DNA from: Eledone cirrhosa
Lineage: Eukaryota
DNA length: 64,000 bases
Direction: 5' to 3'
Assembly: GCA_964016885.1 (NCBI GenBank)
Contig: OZ024745.1
Coordinates: 12,400,001-12,464,000, forward strand
A program made the translations under genes and the position numbers. Position 1 is the stretch's first letter, and each line of letters opens with the position of its first letter. The notes under the pieces were generated by a model. That model was not told the origin of the DNA, did not search any database, and saw nothing but the letters and a program-made list of their open reading frames with translations. Of this stretch, positions 10,911 through 25,900 are shown piece after piece.

Positions 10911-13900
10911 GCTATACTGCCTAGCCTGCCTACACTGACAATTCTGTTTATTCTACCAATACTGCCTAGCCTGCCTATACTGACAATTCTGTTTATTCTA
11001 CCAATAATGCCTAGCCAGCCTATACTGACAATTCTGTTTATTCTACCAATACTGCCTAGCCTGCCTACACTGACAATTCTGTTTATTCTACCAATACTGC
11101 CTACACTGACAATTCTGTTTATTCTACCAATACTGCCTAGCCTGCCTATACTGACAATTCTGTTTATTCTACTAATAATGCCTAGCCAGCCTATACTGAC
11201 AATTCTGTTTATTCTACCAATACTGCCTAGCCTGCCTATACTGACAATTCTGTTTATTCTACCAATACTGCCTAGCCTGGCTATACTGACAATTCTGTTT
11301 ATTCTACCAATACTGCCTAGCCTGCCTATACTGACAATTCTGTTTATTCTACCTATACTGCCTAGCCTGCCTATACTGACAATTATGTTTATTCTACCAA
11401 TAGTGCCTAGCCTGCCCATACTGACAATTCTGTTTATTCTACCAATACTGCCTAGCCTGCCTATACTGACAATTCTGTTTATTCTACCAATACTGTCTAG
11501 CCTGCCTATACTGACAATTCTGTTTATTCTACCTATACTGCCTAGCCTGCCTATACTGACAATTCTGTTTATTCTACCTATACTGCCTAGCCTGCCTATA
11601 CTGACAATTCTGTTTATTCTACCAATACTGCCTAGCCTGCCTATACTGACAATTCTGTTTATTCTACCAATACTGCCTATACTGACAATTCTGTTTATTC
11701 TACCAATACTGCCTAGCCTGCCCATACTGACAATTCTGTTTATTCTACCTATACTGCCTAGCCTGCCTATACTGACAATTCTGTTTATTCTACCAATAGT
11801 GCCTAGCCTGCCCATACTGACAATTCCGTTTATTCTACCAATACTGCCTAGCCTGCCTATACTGACAATTCTGTTTATTCTACCAATACTGCCTAGCCTG
11901 CTTATAGTGACAATTCTGTTTATTCTACCAATACTGCCTAGTCTGCCTATACTGCCAATTCTGTTTATTCTACCAATACTGCCTAGCCTTCCTATACTGA
12001 CAATTCTGTTTATTCTACCTATACTGCCTAGTCTGCCTATACTGACAATTCTGTTTATTCTACAAATACTGCCTAGTCTGCATATACTGCCAATTCTGTT
12101 TATTCTACCAATACTGCCTAGCCTGCTTATACTGACAATTCTGTTTATTCTACCAATACTGCCTAATCTGCCTATACTGCCAATTCTGTTTATTCTACCA
12201 ATACCGCCTAGCCTGCCTATACTGACAATTCTGTTTATTCTACCTATTCTGCCTAGACTGCCTATACTAACAATTCTGTTTATTCTACCAATACTGCCTA
12301 GCCTGCCTATACTGACAATTCTGTTTATTCTACCAATACTGCCTAATCTGTTTATACTGCCAATTCTGTTTATTCTACCAATACTGCCTAGTCTACCGAT
12401 ACTGACAATTCTGTTTATTCTACCAATACTGCCTAGTCTGTTTATACTGACAATTCTCTTTATTCTACCAATACTGCCTAGCCTGCCTATACTGCTAATT
12501 CAGTTTATTCTACCAATAATGCCCAGTCTACCTATACTGACAATTCTGTTTATTCTACCAATACTGCCTAGTCTGTTTATATTGACAATTTTGTTTATTC
12601 TACCAATAATGCCTAGTCTGTTTATACTGACAATTCTGTTTATTCTACCAATACTGCCTAGTCTACCTATATGACAATTCTGTTTATTCTACCTATACTG
12701 CCTAGCCTGCCTATACTGACAATTATGTTTATTCTAGCTATACTGCCTAGCCTGCCTATACTGACAATTCTGTTTATTCTACCAATACTGCCTAGTCTGC
12801 CTATACTGCCAATTCTGTTTATTCTACCAATACTGCCTAGCCTTCCTATAGTGACAATTATGTTTATTCTACCTATACTGCCTAGTCTGCCTATACTGAC
12901 AATTCTGTTTATTCTACAAATACTGCCTAGTCTGCCTATACTGCCAATTCTGTTCATTCTACCAATACCGCCTAGCATGCCTATACTGACAATTCTGTTT
13001 ATTCTACCTATTCTGCCTAGACTGCCTATACTAACAACTCTGTTTATTCTACCAATACTGCCTAGCCTGCCTATACTGACAATTCTGTTTATTCTACCAA
13101 TACTGCCTAGTCTGTTTATACTGCCAATTCTGTTTATTCTACCAATACTGCCTAGTCTACCTATACTGACAATTCTGTTTATTCTACCAATACTGCCTAG
13201 TCTGTTTATATTGACAATTCTGTTTATTCTACCAATAATGCCTAGTCTGTTTATACTGACAATTCTGTTTATTCTACCAATACTGCCTAGTCTACCTATA
13301 TGACAATTCTGTTTATTCTACCTATACTGACTAGCCTGCCTATACTGACAATTCTGTTTATTCTAGCTATACTGCCTAGCCTGCCTATACTGACAATTCT
13401 GTTTATTCTACCAATACTGCCTAGTCTGCCTATACTGCCAATTCTGTTTATTCTACCAATACTGCCTAGCCTTCCTATACTGACAATTATGTTTATTCTA
13501 CCTATACTGCCTAGTCTGCCTATACTGACAATTCTGTTTATTCTACAAATACTGCCTAGTCTGCCTATACTGCCAATTCTGTTCATTCTACCAATACCGC
13601 CTAGCATGCCTATACTGACAATTCTGTTTATTCTACCTATTCTGCCTAGACTGCCTATACTAACAACTCTGTTTATTCTACCAATACTGCCTAGCCTGCC
13701 TATACTGACAATTCTGTTTATTCTACCAATACTGCCTAGTCTGTTTATACTGCCAATTCTGTTTATTCTACCAATACTGCCTAGTCTACCTATACTGACA
13801 ATTCTGTTTATTCTACCAATACTGCCTAGTCTGTTTATATTGACAATTCTGTTTATTCTACCAATACTGCCTAGTCTGTTTATACTGACAATTCAGTTTA

Positions 13901-16900
13901 TTCTACCAATACTGCCTAGCCTGCCTATACTGCCAATTCTGTTTATTCTACCAATACTGCCTAGACTGCCTATACTGACAATTCTGTTTATTCTACCAAT
14001 ACTGCCTATACTGACAATTCTATTTATTCTACCAATACTGCCTAGCCTGCCCATACTGACAATTCTGTTTATTCTACCTATACTGCCTAGCCTGCCTATA
14101 CTGACAATTCTGTTTATTCTACCAATAGTGCCTAGCCTGCCCATACTGACAATTCTGTTTATTCTACCAATACTGCCTAGCCTGCCTATACTGACAATTC
14201 TGTTTATTCTACCAATACTGCCTAGCCTGCCTATACTGACAATTCTGTTTATTCTACCTATACTGCCTAGCCTGCCTATACTGACAATTCTGTTTATTCT
14301 ACCTATACTGCCTAGCCTGCCTATACTGACAATTCTGTTTATTCTACCAATAGGCCTAGCCTGCCTATACTGACAATTCTGTTTATTCTACCAATACTGC
14401 CTAGCCTGCCTATACTGACAATTCTGTTTAGTCTACCAATACTGCCTAGCCAGCCTATACTGACAATTCTGTTTATTCTACCAATACTGCCTAGCCTGCC
14501 TATACTGACAATTATGTTTATTCTACCAATACTGCCTACCTGCCTATACTGACAATTCTGTTTATTCTACCAATACTGCCTAGTCTGCCTATACTGACAA
14601 TTCTGTTTATTCTACCAATACTGCCTATACTGACTATTCTGCTTATTCTACCAATACTGCCTAGCCTGCCTATACTGACAATTCTGTTTATTCTACCAAT
14701 ACTGCCTAGCCTGCCTATACTGACAATCCTGTTTATTCTACCAATACTGCCTAGCCTGTCTATACTGACAATTCTGTTTATTCTACGAATACTGCCTAGC
14801 CTGCCTATACTGACAATTCTGTTTATTCTACCAATACTGCCTAGCCTGCCTATACTGACAATTCTGTTTATTCTACCAATACTACCTAGGCTGCCAATAC
14901 TGCAAATTCTGTTTATTCTACCAATACTGCCTAGTCTGCCTATACTGCCAATTCTGTTTTTTCTACCTATACAGCCTAGCCTGCCTATACAGGTAATTCT
15001 GTTTATTCTACCAATACTGCCTAGCCTGCCTATACTGCCAATTCTGTTTATTCTACCAATACTGCCTAGCCTGCCTATACTGCCAATTCTGTTTATTCTA
15101 CCAATAATGTCTAGCCTGCCTATACTGCCAATTCTGTTTATTCTACCAATACTGTCTAGCCTGCCAATACTGACAATTCTGTTTATTCTACCAATACTGC
15201 CTAGCCTGCCTATACTGCCAATTCTATTTATTCTACAAATACTGCCTAGCCAGCCTATACTGACAATTCTGTTTATTCTACCAATACTGCCTAGTCTGCC
15301 TATACTGATAATTCTGCTTATTCTACCTATACTATCTAGCCTGCCTATACTGACAATTCTGTTTATTCTACCAATACTGCCTAGCCTGCCTATACTGACA
15401 ATTCTGTTTATTCTACCAATACTGCCTAGCCTGCCTATACTGACAATTCTGTTTATTCTACCAATACTGCCTAGTCTGTTTATACTGACAATTCTGTTTA
15501 TTCTACCAATATTGCCTAGTCTGTTTATACTTACAATTCTGTTTATTCTACCAATACTGCCTAGCTTGCCTATACTGAAAATTCTGTTTATTCAACCAAT
15601 ACTGCCTAGTCTACCTATACTGACAATTCTGTTTATTCTACCAATACTGCCTAGTTTGCCTATACTGACAATTCTGTTTATTCTACCAATACTGCCTAGC
15701 CTGCCTATACTGACAATTCTGTTTATTCTACCAATACTGCCTAGCCTGCCTATACTGACAATTCTGTTTATTCTACCTATACTGCCTAGTCTGCGTATAC
15801 TGACAATTCTGTTTATTCTACCAATACTGCGCAGTCTGCCTATATTGCCAATTCTGTTTATTCTACCAATACTGCCTAGCCTGCTTATAGTGACAATTCT
15901 GTTTATTCTACCAATACTGCCTAGTCTGCCTATACTGCCAATTCTGTTTATTCTACCAATACTGCCTAGCCTTCCTATACTGACAATTATGTTTATTCTA
16001 CCTATACTGCCTAGTCTGCCTATACTGACAATTCTGTTTATTCTACAAATACTGCCTAGTCTGCATATACTGCCAATTCTGTTTATTCTACCAATACTGT
16101 CTAGCCTGCTTATACTGACAATTCTGTTTATTCTACCAATACTGCCTAATCTGCCTATACTGCCAATTCTGTTTATTCTACCAATACCGCCTAGCCTGCC
16201 TATACTGACAATTCTGTTTATTCTACCTATTCTGCATAGACTGCCTATACTAAGAATTCTGTTTATTCTACCAATACTGCCTAGCCTGCCTATACTGCCA
16301 ATTCTGTTTATTCTACCAATACTGCCTAGTCTACCTATATGACAATTCTGTTTATTCTACCTATACTGCCTAGCCTGCCTATACTGACAATTCTGTTTAT
16401 TCTAGCTATACTGCCTAGCCTGCCTATACTGACAATTCTGTTTATTCTACCAATACTGCCTAGTCTGCCTATACTGCCAATTCTGTTTATTCTACCAATA
16501 CTGCCTAGCCTTCCTATACTGACAATTATGTTTATTCTACCTATACTGCCTAGCCTGCCTATACTGACAATTCTGTTTATTCTACCAATACTGCCTAATC
16601 TGCCTATACTGCCAATTCTGTTTATTCTACCAATACCGCCTAGCCTGCCTATACTGACAATTCTGTTTATTCTACCTATTCTGCCTAGACTGCCTATACT
16701 AACAATTCTGTTTATTCTACCAATACTGCCTAGCCTGCCTATACTGACAATTCTGTTTATTCTACCAATACTGCCTAATCTGTTTATACTGCCAATTCTG
16801 TTTATTCTACCAATACTGCCTAGTCTACCGATACTGACAATTCTGTTTATTCTACCAATACTGCCTAGTCTGTTTATACTGACAATTCTCTTTATTCTAC

Positions 16901-19900
16901 CAATACTGCCTAGCCTGCCTATACTGCTAATTCAGTTTATTCTACCAATAATGCCCAGTCTACCTATACTGACAATTCTGTTTATTCTACCAATACTGCC
17001 TAGTCTGTTTATATTGACAATTTTGTTTATTCTACCAATAATGCCTAGTCTGTTTATACTGACAATTCTGTTTATTCTACCAATACTGCCTAGTCTACCT
17101 ATATGACAATTCTGTTTATTCTACCTATACTGCCTAGCCTGCCTATACTGACAATTCTGTTTATTCTAGCTATACTGCCTAGCCTGCCTATACTGACAAT
17201 TCTGTTTATTCTACCAATACTGCCTAGTCTGCCTATACTGCCAATTCTGTTTATTCTACCAATACTGCCTAGCCTTCCTATACTGACAATTATGTTTATT
17301 CTACCTATACTGCCTAGTCTGCCTATACTGACAATTCTGTTTATTCTACAAATACTGCCTAGTCTGCCTATACTGCCAATTCTGTTCATTCTACCAATAC
17401 CGCCTAGCATGCCTATACTGACAATTCTGTTTATTCTACCTATTCTGCCTAGACTGCCTATACTAACAACTCTGTTTATTCTACCAATACTGCCTAGCCT
17501 GCCTATACTGACAATTCTGTTTATTCTACCAATACTGCCTAGTCTGTTTATACTGCCAATTCTGTTTATTCTACCAATACTGCCTAGTCTACCTATACTG
17601 ACAATTCTGTTTATTCTACCAATACTGCCTAGTCTGTTTATATTGACAATTCTGTTTATTCTACCAATAATGCCTAGTCTGTTTATACTGACAATTCTGT
17701 TTATTCTACCAATACTGCCTAGTCTACCTATATGACAATTCTGTTTATTCTACCTATACTGACTAGCCTGCCTATACTGACAATTCTGTTTATTCTAGCT
17801 ATACTGCCTAGCCTGCCTATACTGACAATTCTGTTTATTCTACCAATACTGCCTAGTCTGCCTATACTGCCAATTCTGTTTATTCTACCAATACTGCCTA
17901 GCCTTCCTATACTGACAATTATGTTTATTCTACCTATACTGCCTAGTCTGCCTATACTGACAATTCTGTTTATTCTACAAATACTGCCTAGTCTGCCTAT
18001 ACTGCCAATTCTGTTCATTCTACCAATACCGCCTAGCATGCCTATACTGACAATTCTGTTTATTCTACCTATTCTGCCTAGACTGCCTATACTAACAACT
18101 CTGTTTATTCTACCAATACTGCCTAGCCTGCCTATACTGACAATTCTGTTTATTCTACCAATACTGCCTAGTCTGTTTATACTGCCAATTCTGTTTATTC
18201 TACCAATACTGCCTAGTCTACCTATACTGACAATTCTGTTTATTCTACCAATACTGCCTAGTCTGTTTATATTGACAATTCTGTTTATTCTACCAATACT
18301 GCCTAGTCTGTTTATACTGACAATTCAGTTTATTCTACCAATACTGCCTAGCCTGCCTATACTGCCAATTCTGTTTATTCTACCAATACTGCCTAGACTG
18401 CCTATACTGACAATTCTGTTTATTCTACCAATACTGCCTATACTGACAATTCTATTTATTCTACCAATACTGCCTAGCCTGCCCATACTGACAATTCTGT
18501 TTATTCTACCTATACTGCCTAGCCTGCCTATACTGACAATTCTGTTTATTCTACCAATAGTGCCTAGCCTGCCCATACTGACAATTCTGTTTATTCTACC
18601 AATACTGCCTAGCCTGCCTATACTGACAATTCTGTTTATTCTACCAATACTGCCTAGCCTGCCTATACTGACAATTCTGTTTATTCTACCTATACTGCCT
18701 AGCCTGCCTATACTGACAATTCTGTTTATTCTACCTATACTGCCTAGCCTGCCTATACTGACAATTCTGTTTATTCTACCAATAGGCCTAGCCTGCCTAT
18801 ACTGACAATTCTGTTTATTCTACCAATACTGCCTAGCCTGCCTATACTGACAATTCTGTTTAGTCTACCAATACTGCCTAGCCAGCCTATACTGACAATT
18901 CTGTTTATTCTACCAATACTGCCTAGCCTGCCTATACTGACAATTATGTTTATTCTACCAATACTGCCTACCTGCCTATACTGACAATTCTGTTTATTCT
19001 ACCAATACTGCCTAGTCTGCCTATACTGACAATTCTGTTTATTCTACCAATACTGCCTATACTGACTATTCTGCTTATTCTACCAATACTGCCTAGCCTG
19101 CCTATACTGACAATTCTGTTTATTCTACCAATACTGCCTAGCCTGCCTATACTGACAATCCTGTTTATTCTACCAATACTGCCTAGCCTGTCTATACTGA
19201 CAATTCTGTTTATTCTACGAATACTGCCTAGCCTGCCTATACTGACAATTCTGTTTATTCTACCAATACTGCCTAGCCTGCCTATACTGACAATTCTGTT
19301 TATTCTACCAATACTACCTAGGCTGCCAATACTGCAAATTCTGTTTATTCTACCAATACTGCCTAGTCTGCCTATACTGCCAATTCTGTTTTTTCTACCT
19401 ATACAGCCTAGCCTGCCTATACAGGTAATTCTGTTTATTCTACCAATACTGCCTAGCCTGCCTATACTGCCAATTCTGTTTATTCTACCAATACTGCCTA
19501 GCCTGCCTATACTGCCAAGTCTGTTTATTCTACCAATAATGTCTAGCCTGCCTATACTGCCAATTCTGTTTATTCTACCAATACTGTCTAGCCTGCCTAT
19601 ACTGACAATTCTGTTTATTCTACCAATACTGCCTAGCCTGCCTATACTGCCAATTCTATTTATTCTACAAATACTGCCTAGCCAGCCTATACTGACAATT
19701 CTGTTTATTCTACCAATACTGCCTAGTCTGCCTATACTGATAATTCTGCTTATTCTACCTATACTATCTAGCCTGCCTATACTGACAATTCTGTTTATTC
19801 TACCAATACTGCCTAGCCTGCCTATACTGACAATTCTGTTTATTCTACCAATACTGCCTAGCCTGCCTATACTGACAATTCTGTTTATTCTACCAATACT

Positions 19901-22900
19901 GCCTAGTCTGTTTATACTGACAATTCTGTTTATTCTACCAATATTGCCTAGTCTGTTTATACTTACAATTCCGTTTATTCTACCAATACTGCCTAGCTTG
20001 CCTATACTGAAAATTCTGTTTATTCAACCAATACTGCCTAGTCTACCTATACTGACAATTCTGTTTATTCTACCAATACTGCCTAGTTTGCCTATACTGA
20101 CAATTCTGTTTATTCTACCAATACTGCCTAGCCTGCCTATACTGACAATTCTGTTTATTCTACCAATACTGCCTAGCCTGCCTATACTGACAATTCTGTT
20201 TATTCTACCTATACTGCCTAGTCTGCGTATACTGACAATTCTGTTTATTCTACCAATACTGCGCAGTCTGCCTATATTGCCAATTCTGTTTATTCTACCA
20301 ATACTGCCTAGCCTGCTTATAGTGACAATTCTGTTTATTCTACCAATACTGCCTAGTCTGCCTATACTGCCAATTCTGTTTATTCTACCAATACTGCCTA
20401 GCCTTCCTATACTGACAATTATGTTTATTCTACCTATACTGCCTAGTCTGCCTATACTGACAATTCTGTTTATTCTACAAATACTGCCTAGTCTGCATAT
20501 ACTGCCAATTCTGTTTATTCTACCAATACTGTCTAGCCTGCTTATACTGACAATTCTCTTTATTCTACCAATACTGCCTAATCTGCCTATACTGCCAATT
20601 CTGTTTATTCTACCAATACCGCCTAGCCTGCCTATACTGACAATTCTGTTTATTCTACCTATTCTGCATAGACTGCCTATACTAAGAATTCTGTTTATTC
20701 TACCAATACTGCCTAGCCTGCCTATACTGCCAATTCTGTTTATTCTACCAATACTGCCTAGTCTACCTATATGACAATTCTGTTTATTCTACCTATACTG
20801 CCTAGCCTGCCTATACTGACAATTCTGTTTATTCTAGCTATACTGCCTAGCCTGCCTATACTGACAATTCTGTTTATTCTACCAATACTGCCTAGTCTGC
20901 CTATACTGCCAATTCTGTTTATTCTACCAATACTGCCTAGCCTTCCTATACTGACAATTATGTTTATTCTACCTATACTGCCTAGTCTGCCTATACTGAC
21001 AATTCTGTTTATTCTACAAATACTGCCTAGTCTGCCTATACTGCCAATTCTGTTAATTCTACCAATACCGCCTAGCCTGCATATACTGACAATTCTGTTT
21101 ATTCTACCTATTCTGCCTAGACTGCCTATACTAACAACTCTGTTTATTCTACCAATACTGCCTAGCCTGCCTGTACTGACAATTCTGTTTATTCTACCAA
21201 TACTGCCTAGTCTGTTTATACTGCCAATTCTGTTTATTCTACCAATACTGCCTAGTCTACCTATACTGACAATTCTGTTTATTCTACCAATACTGCCTAG
21301 TCTGTTTATATTGACAATTCTGTTTATTCTACCAATACTGCCTAGTCTGTTTATACTGACAATTCTGTTTATTCTACCAATACTGCCTAGCCTGCCTATA
21401 CTGCCAATTCTGTTTATTCTACCAATACTGCCTAGACTGCCTATACTGACAATTCTGTTTATTCTACCAATACTGCCTATACTGACAATTCTATTTATTC
21501 TACCAATACTGCCTAGCCTGCCCATACTGACAATTCTGCTTATTCTACCTATACTGCCTAGCCTGCCTATACTGACAATTCTGTTTATTCTACCAATAGT
21601 GCCTAGCCTGCCCATACTGACAATTCTGTTTATTCTACCAATACTGCCTAGCCTGCCTATACTGACAATTCTGTTTATTCTACCAATACTGCCTAGCCTG
21701 CCTATACTGACAATTCTGTTTATTCTACCTATACTGCCTAGCCTGCCTATACTGACAATTCTGTTTATTCTACCTATACTGCCAGCCTGCCTATACTGAC
21801 AATTCTGTTTATTCTACCAATACTGCCTAGCCTGCCTATACTGACAATTCTGTTTATTCTACCAATACTGCCTAGCCTGCCTATACTGACAATTCTGTTT
21901 AGTCTACCAATACTGCCTAGCCTGCCTATACTGACAATTCTGTTTATTCTACCAATACTGCCTAGCCTGCCTATACTGACAATTATGTTTATTTTACCAA
22001 TACTGCCTAGCCTGCCTACACTGACAATTCTCTTTATTCTACCAATACTGCCTAGTCTGCCTATACTGACAATTCTGTTTATTCTACCAATACTGCCTAT
22101 ACTGACTATTCTGCTTATTCTACCAATACTGCCTAGCCTGCCTATACTGACAATTCTGTTTATTCTACCAATACTGCCTAGCCTGCCTATACTGACAATT
22201 CTGTTTATTCTACCAATACTGCCTAGCCTGTCTATACTGACAATTCTGTTTATTCTACGAATACTGCCTAGCCTGCCTATACTGACAATTCTGTTTATTC
22301 TACCAATACTGCCTAGCCTGCCTATACTGACAATTCTGTTTATTCTACCAATACTACCTAGGCTGCCAATACTGCAAATTCTGTTTATTCTACCAATACT
22401 GCCTAGTCTGCCTATACTGCCAATTCTGTTTTTTCTACCTATACTGCCTAGCCTGCCTATACAGGTAATTCTGTTTATTCTACCAATACTGCCTAGCCTG
22501 CCTATACTGCCAATTCTGTTTATTCTACCAATACTGCCTAGCCTGCCTATACTGCCAATTCTGTTTATTCTACCAATACTGTCTAGCCTGCCTATACTGA
22601 CAATTCTGTTTATTCTACCAATACTGCCTAGCTTGCCTATACTGAAAATTCTGTTTATTCAACCAATACTGCCTAGTCTACCTATACTGACAATTCTGTT
22701 TATTCTACCAATACTGCCTAGTTTGCCTATACTGACAATTCTGTTTATTCTACCAATACTGCCTAGCCTGCCTATACTGACAATTCTGTTTATTCTACCA
22801 ATACTGCCTAGCCTGCCTATACTGACAATTCTGTTTATTCTACCTATACTGCCTAGTCTGCGTATACTGACAATTCTGTTTATTCTACCAATACTGCGCA

Positions 22901-25900
22901 GTCTGCCTATATTGCCAATTCTGTTTATTCTACCAATACTGCCTAGCCTGCTTATAGTGACAATTCTGTTTATTCTACCAATACTGCCTAGTCTGCCTAT
23001 ACTGCCAATTCTGTTTATTCTACCAATACTGCCTAGCCTTCCTATACTGACAATTATGTTTATTCTACCTATACTGCCTAGTCTGCCTATACTGACAATT
23101 CTGTTTATTCTACAAATACTGCCTAGTCTGCATATACTGCCAATTCTGTTTATTCTACCAATACTGTCTAGCCTGCTTATACTGACAATTCTCTTTATTC
23201 TACCAATACTGCCTAATCTGCCTATACTGCCAATTCTGTTTATTCTACCAATACCGCCTAGCCTGCCTATACTGACAATTCTGTTTATTCTACCTATTCT
23301 GCATAGACTGCCTATACTAAGAATTCTGTTTATTCTACCAATACTGCCTAGCCTGCCTATACTGCCAATTCTGTTTATTCTACCAATACTGCCTAGTCTA
23401 CCTATATGACAATTCTGTTTATTCTACCTATACTGCCTAGCCTGCCTATACTGACAATTCTGTTTATTCTAGCTATACTGCCTAGCCTGCCTATACTGAC
23501 AATTCTGTTTATTCTACCAATACTGCCTAGTCTGCCTATACTGCCAATTCTGTTTATTCTACCAATACTGCCTAGCCTTCCTATACTGACAATTATGTTT
23601 ATTCTACCTATACTGCCTAGTCTGCCTATACTGACAATTCTGTTTATTCTACAAATACTGCCTAGTCTGCCTATACTGCCAATTCTGTTAATTCTACCAA
23701 TACCGCCTAGCCTGCATATACTGACAATTCTGTTTATTCTACCTATTCTGCCTAGACTGCCTATACTAACAACTCTGTTTATTCTACCAATACTGCCTAG
23801 CCTGCCTGTACTGACAATTCTGTTTATTCTACCAATACTGCCTAGTCTGTTTATACTGCCAATTCTGTTTATTCTACCAATACTGCCTAGTCTACCTATA
23901 CTGACAATTCTGTTTATTCTACCAATACTGCCTAGTCTGTTTATATTGACAATTCTGTTTATTCTACCAATACTGCCTAGTCTGTTTATACTGACAATTC
24001 TGTTTATTCTACCAATACTGCCTAGCCTGCCTATACTGCCAATTCTGTTTATTCTACCAATACTGCCTAGACTGCCTATACTGACAATTCTGTTTATTCT
24101 ACCAATACTGCCTATACTGACAATTCTATTTATTCTACCAATACTGCCTAGCCTGCCCATACTGACAATTCTGCTTATTCTACCTATACTGCCTAGCCTG
24201 CCTATACTGACAATTCTGTTTATTCTACCAATAGTGCCTAGCCTGCCCATACTGACAATTCTGTTTATTCTACCAATACTGCCTAGCCTGCCTATACTGA
24301 CAATTCTGTTTATTCTACCAATACTGCCTAGCCTGCCTATACTGACAATTCTGTTTATTCTACCTATACTGCCTAGCCTGCCTATACTGACAATTCTGTT
24401 TATTCTACCTATACTGCCAGCCTGCCTATACTGACAATTCTGTTTATTCTACCAATACTGCCTAGCCTGCCTATACTGACAATTCTGTTTATTCTACCAA
24501 TACTGCCTAGCCTGCCTATACTGACAATTCTGTTTAGTCTACCAATACTGCCTAGCCTGCCTATACTGACAATTCTGTTTATTCTACCAATACTGCCTAG
24601 CCTGCCTATACTGACAATTATGTTTATTTTACCAATACTGCCTAGCCTGCCTACACTGACAATTCTCTTTATTCTACCAATACTGCCTAGTCTGCCTATA
24701 CTGACAATTCTGTTTATTCTACCAATACTGCCTATACTGACTATTCTGCTTATTCTACCAATACTGCCTAGCCTGCCTATACTGACAATTCTGTTTATTC
24801 TACCAATACTGCCTAGCCTGCCTATACTGACAATTCTGTTTATTCTACCAATACTGCCTAGCCTGTCTATACTGACAATTCTGTTTATTCTACGAATACT
24901 GCCTAGCCTGCCTATACTGACAATTCTGTTTATTCTACCAATACTGCCTAGCCTGCCTATACTGACAATTCTGTTTATTCTACCAATACTACCTAGGCTG
25001 CCAATACTGCAAATTCTGTTTATTCTACCAATACTGCCTAGTCTGCCTATACTGCCAATTCTGTTTTTTCTACCTATACTGCCTAGCCTGCCTATACAGG
25101 TAATTCTGTTTATTCTACCAATACTGCCTAGCCTGCCTATACTGCCAATTCTGTTTATTCTACCAATACTGCCTAGCCTGCCTATACTGCCAATTCTGTT
25201 TATTCTACCAATACTGTCTAGCCTGCCTATACTGCCAATTCTGTTTATTCTACCAATACTGTCTAGCCTGCCTATACTGACAATTCTGTTTATTCTACCA
25301 ATACTGCCTAGCCTGCCTATACTGCCAATTCTATTTATTCTACCAATACTGCCTAGCCTGCCTATACTGATAATTCTGTTTATTCTACCAATACTGCCTA
25401 GTCTGCCTATACTGATAATTCTGCTTATTCTACCTATACTATCTAGCCTGCCTATACTGACAATTCTGTTTATTCTACCAATACTGCCTAGCCTGCCTAT
25501 ACTGACAATTCTGTTTATTCTAGCTATACTGCCTAGCCTGCCTATACTGACAATTCTGTTTATTCTACCAATACTGCCTAGTCTGCCTATACTGCCAATT
25601 CTGTTTATTCTACCAATACTGCCTAGCCTTCCTATACTGACAATTATGTTTATTCTACCTATACTGCCTAGTCTGCCTATAGTGACAATTCTGTTTATTC
25701 TACAAATACTGCCTAGTCTGCCTATACTGCCAATTCTGTTAATTCTACCAATACCGCCTAGCCTGCCTATACTGACAATTCTGTTTATTCTACCTATTCT
25801 GCCTAGACTGCCTATACTAACAACTCTGTTTATTCTACCAATACTGCCTAGCCTGCCTATACTGACAATTCTGTTTATTCTACCAATACTGCCTAGTCTG

